Shown here: positions 58,094 to 64,000 of the stretch, piece after piece
How positions within the stretch are numbered: position 1 is the first letter of the stretch
Layout of the letters: every line of letters begins with the position of its first letter
NCBI GenBank assembly: GCA_044347345.1
Contig: JBIKUX010000009.1
Coordinates: 1 to 64,000 of the forward strand
Reading direction: 5' to 3'
DNA from: Bdellovibrionota bacterium
GTDB lineage: Bacteria; Bdellovibrionota_C; UBA2361; JBIKUX01
DNA: 64,000 nucleotides
Notes under the pieces: model-generated
What the model saw: only the letters and a program-made list of their open reading frames with translations
Told to the model about the DNA's origin: nothing
The model's database searches: none
Made by a program: the position numbers and the translations under genes

Positions 58094-58627
58094 GTGCGTC
58101 GGTTAATAAGGAAAGCTCTAACTTTTGCTTTATCACTGGCCTTGCTCAGCTGCCACGAGCGTCAAGGGGTTGGCCCAGGAGATTTTGCGTATTCATTTGC
58201 TTTACCTTCGATTTTAGAGCCTTCTAGTAAAATTAAACTTGCGTCATTTCGTGGTAAGATAGTGATTGTAAATTTTTGGGCTTCATGGTGCGGCCCTTGT
58301 TTAGAAGAGTTACCAGCGCTAGAAAGGCTCTCCCAGCGTTATCCCGAAAAAATAGCCGTAATCGGAGTGGGTATTGACGATGATAGAATCTCGTTAGCCG
58401 AAGCTGTTAAGAAAATGGGCGTATCGTTTCCTGTTGTTCTTGATGTTAACGGAACACTTAAGCAGCGGTATGAAGTGCGTGGTGTTCCTGAAACCTTCAT
58501 AGTTGGGCATGATGGCAGGCTGGCTCTATTTCCAGATTTAAGTGGAGAGATGACTGTACGTTTACTAGGTCCTCGTGAATGGGACGAAGGATACTTTACT
58601 GATAATCTTCTTAAACTTATGCCGTAA
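58094..58627 (+). CDS. TlpA/ResA-family thiol-disulfide oxidoreductase lipoprotein
   Basis: Lipobox LLSC; VNFWASWCGPCLEELP; GVPETF. Confidence 0.93.
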   Translation: MRRLIRKALTFALSLALLSCHERQGVGPGDFAYSFALPSILEPSSKIKLASFRGKIVIVNFWASWCGPCLEELPALERLSQRYPEKIAVIGVGIDDDRISLAEAVKKMGVSFPVVLDVNGTLKQRYEVRGVPETFIVGHDGRLALFPDLSGEMTVRLLGPREWDEGYFTDNLLKLMP

Positions 58628-58672
58628 ATTCAGCGCTTAAATTTTATTAACTTTGTTAAGTTTAGGTACCTC

Positions 58673-59515
58673 ATGATTCCTAAGGTTTTTTCCCTAGGTC
58701 CATTACCGATTCATAGTTTCGGATTGATGGTAGCACTAGCTTTTTTAGCTGCCGGTATTCTACTAGAGAGAGGACTTGTTAATCGTGGCTTTCCTTCAGG
58801 ATGTGGAGAGAAATATCTTGCTACTGCTGCTATTTCTGGATTGGTTGGCGCTCGAATTTGGTATATCGCAAGTAATTGGACAGAGCTACGTCACGATTTA
58901 GTCGGGGCTCTTTTGGCTCCGGCTGGTTTTACATTTTTTGGGGGCTTTATAGTAGCAGCTCTCGTCATTTTTTTGATGCTTTATCGTGATTCAGAGTTAT
59001 CAGGATTAAGTAAACGGTCAAGAGTTGGAAAGTTCGCAGACGCTGTTGCTCCAGCTTTAGCTCTAGGATATGCGATAGGGCGCTTAGGATGCCAGCTATC
59101 AGGAGATGGCGACTACGGCATAGCTACTACCACCTCTTGGTGGGGCATGTCTTACTCGCAGGGCGTAGTTCCTACCCCTGATGGTGTTAGGGTTTATCCC
59201 ACACCTTTATTTGAAAGTGCTTTAGCATTTGTCATCGTGGCGATTTTGATGTCCACTGATTTATCACTGTCCCGATTAAGGCGAAGAGAAACAGCTAAAA
59301 ACTACAGAATTATAAAGAATGGAGCCCAATTTTTTCTATTTCTGACTTTAATGGGGATATGTAGATTTTTAATTGAATTTTTAAGGATTGAGCCAAAAGT
59401 AGCGTTAGGATATACCCAAGCTCAGTTAATATCTGTGGTTCTAATAATTATTGGGCTCGTTTCATATATTTTTAGCTTTGTTAAAAATAGCAAAAGTGGA
59501 GAATCGGTTTATTGA
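58673..59515 (+). CDS. lgt: Prolipoprotein diacylglyceryl transferase
   Basis: SFGLMVA, VGARIWY, FFGGF, LGYAIGRLGC, PTPLFES, RFLIEFLR, QAQLIS. Confidence 0.93.
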   Translation: MIPKVFSLGPLPIHSFGLMVALAFLAAGILLERGLVNRGFPSGCGEKYLATAAISGLVGARIWYIASNWTELRHDLVGALLAPAGFTFFGGFIVAALVIFLMLYRDSELSGLSKRSRVGKFADAVAPALALGYAIGRLGCQLSGDGDYGIATTTSWWGMSYSQGVVPTPDGVRVYPTPLFESALAFVIVAILMSTDLSLSRLRRRETAKNYRIIKNGAQFFLFLTLMGICRFLIEFLRIEPKVALGYTQAQLISVVLIIIGLVSYIFSFVKNSKSGESVY

Positions 59516-59530
59516 AATAAGTATTAAATT

Positions 59531-60862
59531 ATGAGTCTGAAACAGAAGAAGACTGCCTCCTTTGTATCTGCCGCTCAAGCTATAACAAAAATAAAAGCTG
59601 GACAAAGAATCTTTGTTCACGGCGCGGCTATGACTCCCAACATATTACTTGATGCCTTAAACGAAAGACGAGGAGAACTTACAAATACAGAGATAGTTGC
59701 CATTCATACCGAGGGATTAGCACCTTACTTATTTGGAGAAGAGTCAACTAGAATCTTCCATCGTTCATTATTCTGTGGACAAAATATACGGGCTTCTCTT
59801 AAAACAGGGGAAGCAGATTATGTACCTGTATTCTTGAGTGATATTCCCTTACTTTTTCGGCAGAGAGTTCTTCCTATTGATGTGGCTCTTATTACTGTAT
59901 CTCCGCCAGATACACACGGGTACTGCTCTCTTGGAGCTTCAGTTGACATTGCTGTTGCGGCTGTTGAGTGTGCTAAGTTAGTCATTGCCGTAGTCAACAC
60001 AGAAGCTCCACGAACTCATGGTGATGGTGTACTACATATTTCTAAAATTGATTATTTAGTTGAGGCTACAATACCTCTCTGGTGCCATAAGTGTGAGAGC
60101 CCCACTCAAACAGAATTAAAGATAGGTGAGTATGTAGCTTCACTAATTGATGATGGTGCGACTCTTCAAATGGGTATTGGCGGAGTGCCAAATGCCGTTC
60201 TTAAACTTCTTTCTAATCATAGGCGCCTCGGCATTCATACTGAGATGTTTTCAGATGGTATACTTGATCTAGTTGAACAGGGCGTAATTACCGGAGAATT
60301 AAAAAGAGTTTTGCCTAATCGTATTACCACTTCATTTGTAATGGGTTCGAAGAGAGTATTTGATTTTATAAACGATAATCCAATTATCGCTATGAAAGAA
60401 ACGGCTTACACTAACGATACATCTATCATTCGGCAGAACCCTAAAGTAGTTGCCATTAACAGCGCAATAGAAGTAGATCTAACAGGACAAGTTTGTGCAG
60501 ATAGTATTGGAACAAGCCATTACTCTGGAGTAGGAGGGCAGTTGGATTTTATGCGTGGAGCATGCTTATCTGATGGAGGAAAAGCTATCATAGCGCTCCC
60601 ATCTACTACATCAAATGGTGACAGTAAAATTGTCTCAATCCTAAAACCTGGAGCTGGAGTTACGACCACTAGAGCTCATGTTCGGTATATTGTTACCGAA
60701 TATGGTATAGCTGATCTTTTTGGTCTAACTCTAAGAGAGCGAGCTAAAGCCCTAATTAACATAGCTCATCCTAATCACCGAGAGCTTTTACTTGAAGCAG
60801 CGACTTGTCGCTTTAAAAAATTAAAAGATTTTGCCGATTTAAGATGTAGTGGAGGCTTATAG
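59531..60862 (+). CDS. Acetyl-CoA hydrolase/transferase (4-hydroxybutyrate CoA-transferase-like)
   Basis: VSPPDTHGYCSLG, TLQMGIG, GIHTEM (catalytic Glu), INSAIEVDLTGQVCADSIG, GVGGQLDFMRGA, VTEYGIA. Confidence 0.95.
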   Translation: MSLKQKKTASFVSAAQAITKIKAGQRIFVHGAAMTPNILLDALNERRGELTNTEIVAIHTEGLAPYLFGEESTRIFHRSLFCGQNIRASLKTGEADYVPVFLSDIPLLFRQRVLPIDVALITVSPPDTHGYCSLGASVDIAVAAVECAKLVIAVVNTEAPRTHGDGVLHISKIDYLVEATIPLWCHKCESPTQTELKIGEYVASLIDDGATLQMGIGGVPNAVLKLLSNHRRLGIHTEMFSDGILDLVEQGVITGELKRVLPNRITTSFVMGSKRVFDFINDNPIIAMKETAYTNDTSIIRQNPKVVAINSAIEVDLTGQVCADSIGTSHYSGVGGQLDFMRGACLSDGGKAIIALPSTTSNGDSKIVSILKPGAGVTTTRAHVRYIVTEYGIADLFGLTLRERAKALINIAHPNHRELLLEAATCRFKKLKDFADLRCSGGL

Positions 60863-60867
60863 TAGTC

Positions 60868-62139
60868 GTGCATGATCGTAAAATTTCTTCTCAACAAATT
60901 GCCTCTGAGATGCATACTTATTTATCCGATAAATTAGAATATTACCTAGCCGCCTTAGGTAATTTAGTAAGCATCAACAGTTTCTCTCAAAATAAAATAG
61001 GTATTGCGAGTGTTGCCAAAGAAACAGAGATGCTTTTTAGTCGTTTAGGTTTTTCGGTTGAATCTGTACCTTCTATCAGTCCAATACTTGGTGGTCATTC
61101 AGTATGTTCTCTTGGAAAGCCTGACGCTCCTCGCATCGGTATAGTTTCTCATCATGACACAGTCTTTTCGGCTGAGGAGGAGCAAGTAAATAATTTTCAT
61201 TGGCGCCCAGAGGGAAACCGTCTATATGGCCCTGGAACTTGTGACAACAAGGGTGGGACGATAGTAGCACTAATGGCTCTTGATGCCCTTAAAAAAGTGG
61301 CATTTGAGCAATTTGATAAGGTGCTTTGGAAGGTAATACTAAATGGTGGCGAGGAATTGTTAGTGCAAGATTTTGCCACTCTTCTTAAAAATGAACTTCC
61401 TGTTGCTAATTCTATTGCATGTTTTGTGTTCGAGAAAACAAGTAGAATTAAAAAGAATGGCTATACTGTTGTAGTATCCAGAAAAGGGCGAATTTCTGGG
61501 CGTATCATTGTACACGGTAGAGCATCTCACGCTGGTAATGAGATATCACAAGGTGCTAACGCAATTGTACAATTGGCACATGTTATAAGTAATGTGGCCA
61601 CTTGGAATAATCCCGGTCAGGATTTGTCAGTAAATGTTGGGGTCATAAAAGGAGGTTCAGTTGTCAACCGAGTCCCTCATTATGCTGAGTGTGAATTTGA
61701 AGTTCGTTGTTTTTCTCCAATCGTTATGAACGAAGTTAGGGAAAAATTTGAGAAGTTACCTGATGATGTAACCGTTAAAGCCGAGAGTGATAAATTTCCG
61801 TGTTCTATTGCAGTTGTTATAGAGAACCATCAATCTCCCTGGGACTTTTTACCTCAAACTGAAGCTCTTTTTGCATTATGGCGGCGCGTGGGTGCTGAAC
61901 TTGGTCTTGAGATCGAATTAGAAAAAAGAGGCGGTTTAAGTGATGCGGTACACATTGGAAATATCATTCCTACCCTCGATGGTTTGGGGCCTAGCGGAGC
62001 AAACGATCATTGTAGTGAGCGCTCCTCCTTAGATGGTGGAAAAAGTAAAGATCAAGAGTTTGCTGAACGCGACTCACTTATTTCGAGCGCAGTGCTTCAT
62101 GCTATGTCTTTGCGTCAGCTAATAATTGAAAGAATTTGA
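60868..62139 (+). CDS. M20 metallopeptidase (glutamate carboxypeptidase-like)
   Basis: LVSINS, HHDTV, GPGTCDNKGG, EE, RKG...GRASHAG, NVGVIKGG, GGLSD, LDGLGP...H. Confidence 0.9.
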   Translation: MHDRKISSQQIASEMHTYLSDKLEYYLAALGNLVSINSFSQNKIGIASVAKETEMLFSRLGFSVESVPSISPILGGHSVCSLGKPDAPRIGIVSHHDTVFSAEEEQVNNFHWRPEGNRLYGPGTCDNKGGTIVALMALDALKKVAFEQFDKVLWKVILNGGEELLVQDFATLLKNELPVANSIACFVFEKTSRIKKNGYTVVVSRKGRISGRIIVHGRASHAGNEISQGANAIVQLAHVISNVATWNNPGQDLSVNVGVIKGGSVVNRVPHYAECEFEVRCFSPIVMNEVREKFEKLPDDVTVKAESDKFPCSIAVVIENHQSPWDFLPQTEALFALWRRVGAELGLEIELEKRGGLSDAVHIGNIIPTLDGLGPSGANDHCSERSSLDGGKSKDQEFAERDSLISSAVLHAMSLRQLIIERI

Positions 62140-62173
62140 TTAAAACTAACCAGATAAACCATATCTACAGTAT

Positions 62174-62929
62174 ATGCATTTTATAAATAATTGGTATTGT
62201 GAGCTTAAAAGACCTGCAACTAAAGTGGGTGATGAGGTTTCTTTATATTGCTTTCCGTACGAGGGTGGTACCGCTGAAAGCTTCGGTGAATACGCAGAAA
62301 GTTTATCTTATCCTATTTACTTTCGGTCAGTTCACCTGCCTGGTCGGCCACCTTTTAATACACAACCATTTGGTAAATCAATTCCCGATATTGTCGACTT
62401 TTTATGGGAAAGAGGAGCTAGTACCGTCACTCCAAATACCATAATCTACGGCCACGGAGTTGGAGCCCTACTAGCTTATGAATGGTGTAAAAGATTATGC
62501 GCTGAAAATTCTCCAGCAGTTGTTTTAGTAGTGGCTGCCCAGAGAGCCCCGGTAGTACCTCTCAGACGTGAATTGCTAGCACATCTGTCTGACGAAATAT
62601 TTTTAGACCGTATGCGCCACTTTCCTGAGGCTCCACCGGCTGTATTTAGTGACCAAAAATTTAGGGCTAATTTTCTTCCGAGATTTCGGGCAGATTTAGC
62701 TCTCGATGAAACCTATAATTTTGAAAATGTGCCACCCTTACCAATACCAATTGTCGCTGTAGGAGGCATCAAAGATAGTAGCGTGACTCCAAATGAACTC
62801 GCCAAGTGGAGTATCTTAACATCGGAAAAATTTACCATCCGCCTTTTTTGTGATAACTATATATTCAGTATTACTACTTTTTCTGAAATTATTAGGTTAG
62901 CTCATAATCAACTAAAATCTTTTTATTAG
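62174..62929 (+). CDS. Type II thioesterase-like alpha/beta hydrolase lacking the catalytic Ser
   Basis: LYCFPYEGG, LPGR, YGHGVGALLAYE (normally GHSMG), LPRFRADL..ETY, PLPIPIVAVGG..D; the expected GGHF reads DNYIF. Confidence 0.8.
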   Translation: MHFINNWYCELKRPATKVGDEVSLYCFPYEGGTAESFGEYAESLSYPIYFRSVHLPGRPPFNTQPFGKSIPDIVDFLWERGASTVTPNTIIYGHGVGALLAYEWCKRLCAENSPAVVLVVAAQRAPVVPLRRELLAHLSDEIFLDRMRHFPEAPPAVFSDQKFRANFLPRFRADLALDETYNFENVPPLPIPIVAVGGIKDSSVTPNELAKWSILTSEKFTIRLFCDNYIFSITTFSEIIRLAHNQLKSFY

Positions 62930-63024
62930 AAAATTTAAGACTATTTTTTATATAGCTTTGGTTTGTTTAATCTTATACACTCCCCTTTATTTATAAAACA
63001 AATTAAATTTTAGGATAGGGCGTT

Positions 63025-63249
63025 ATGGTAGGCTTTGGGGAACCAAAACAAACAAAAAGGAATTTTTTAGAAGTCAAGTTAACAATGCCTCAATTTAAAG
63101 ATAAGTATCCGAATGGTATTCCATTGGACGATCTTCTTAAACTTTTTGAATATAATGGCCAAACGGCCGATAGTTCCGAAATAATATCTGTTATGCGATC
63201 CCTTCAGTATTCGTTTAATGAAACGTCGGAAACATTCACCAAATCCTAG
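63025..63249 (+). CDS. Small hypothetical protein
   Basis: 74-aa ORF with an AGGATAGGG RBS-like sequence, co-oriented with the upstream genes; no recognisable motif. Confidence 0.45.
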   Translation: MVGFGEPKQTKRNFLEVKLTMPQFKDKYPNGIPLDDLLKLFEYNGQTADSSEIISVMRSLQYSFNETSETFTKS

Positions 63250-63460
63250 TAGGAAACTAAGCCTTTCTTTGATAAATCTGTATCTTAACATTCCTTTTGG
63301 CAAAGAGGGCAGTAGTACTTTTTATTATTTCTATGCTCTATAAGAAATGATAAATAGCTAAGAAATGGTAAATACCTCGGAGACGGCTTCCAGTCAAAAT
63401 AAAGTAAGGATGTCACTAGCTGTACCGCGCAGGTTAAGAGAAAAAACAATTTAAATAAAA

Positions 63461-64000
63461 TTACCTAATTAACCTTAAGAATCTTTTTACTAAGTAAGTC
63501 CATCTTTCAAATTGTTTAAGCTCAGCATTTTGCTTCGCCACCAAAGATTTAAGAGCTAGTATCTCTTGGTCTTGACTTTTTAATTCAAGCTCCAGAGCTG
63601 AAATTGACTCTAACGAGGGAGCCCACTTAGCACTAGACGGCACTGCGACAAATGTACCTTTAAAGGTAACATCTAAAGACTTAAATGAGTTTTGGGCAAT
63701 TGCTTTACCACGCTGGGCAATAACAGGATAACCTAAGTCAGGATGAATAAAAGAGTACTCAATACTACATTCTCTTCCGGAAATAGGACTTTGACCAACT
63801 AAGTAACTGTCAGCAAATGGAGGAGTTAGCACATTAAATTGTTCGGGGAAAAGTATGGGTAATGTGTACCGGTCTATAGCTAGTGGAGCGCTTGGAAGGG
63901 AGCTTACGTAATTTATCCACTCAGAGGAGTTAATGATAATATCTGGATCTTGTCTTTTAACTACCGGCAAAAAGGCCAAATTATTACTTACTAACCATGT
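63461..64000 (-). CDS. Hypothetical protein, 5'-partial, with a C-terminal coiled coil
   Basis: Frame is open to the window end (TWLVSNNLAFLPVV...); C-terminal ELELKSQDQEILALKSLVAKQNAELKQ followed by a basic tail. Confidence 0.65.
   Translation of the reverse strand, partial: TWLVSNNLAFLPVVKRQDPDIIINSSEWINYVSSLPSAPLAIDRYTLPILFPEQFNVLTPPFADSYLVGQSPISGRECSIEYSFIHPDLGYPVIAQRGKAIAQNSFKSLDVTFKGTFVAVPSSAKWAPSLESISALELELKSQDQEILALKSLVAKQNAELKQFERWTYLVKRFLRLIR

Overview
64 kb of AT-rich chromosome from a flagellated Gram-negative bacterium. Gene content resembles deltaproteobacteria-like lineages such as Bdellovibrionota or Myxococcota; this is inference only. Most of the window is housekeeping: sucA, manA, bioF, coaBC, nfeD/slipin, queA-tgt, gap-tpiA, a complete tolQRAB-pal-cpoB cluster, ribF-rluD-pgeF, dnaB, ispF-folB-rpmE-lgt. 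By eye I found no rRNA, tRNA, CRISPR array, transposase, integrase or phage gene. The best leads are: (i) an exported DUF1592-family heme-c protein with a Pro/Thr stalk paired with a Tat-exported His-rich DUF1552 protein; (ii) a CoxD-like AAA ATPase-bioF-FabF-like synthase-FAD oxidoreductase operon, a possible alternative pimelate/biotin or amino-ketone lipid route; (iii) dispersed, unusual flagellar parts: a very divergent flagellin-like gene, two fliD paralogs split by an opposite-strand PLP enzyme, a pentanucleotide repeat tract plus GGA hairpin at one fliD start, and a recurring sigma28-like promoter motif; (iv) five intact ORFs whose enzyme folds appear to have lost catalytic residues (UDG-like, YkuD-like, NYN, thioesterase II, tandem GmhA); (v) an orphan gene split by an 8-bp tandem duplication; (vi) a 1.17-kb intergenic region with an 18-bp-period repeat array and several hairpins. 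All family assignments come from recognising motifs by eye; no searches were run.
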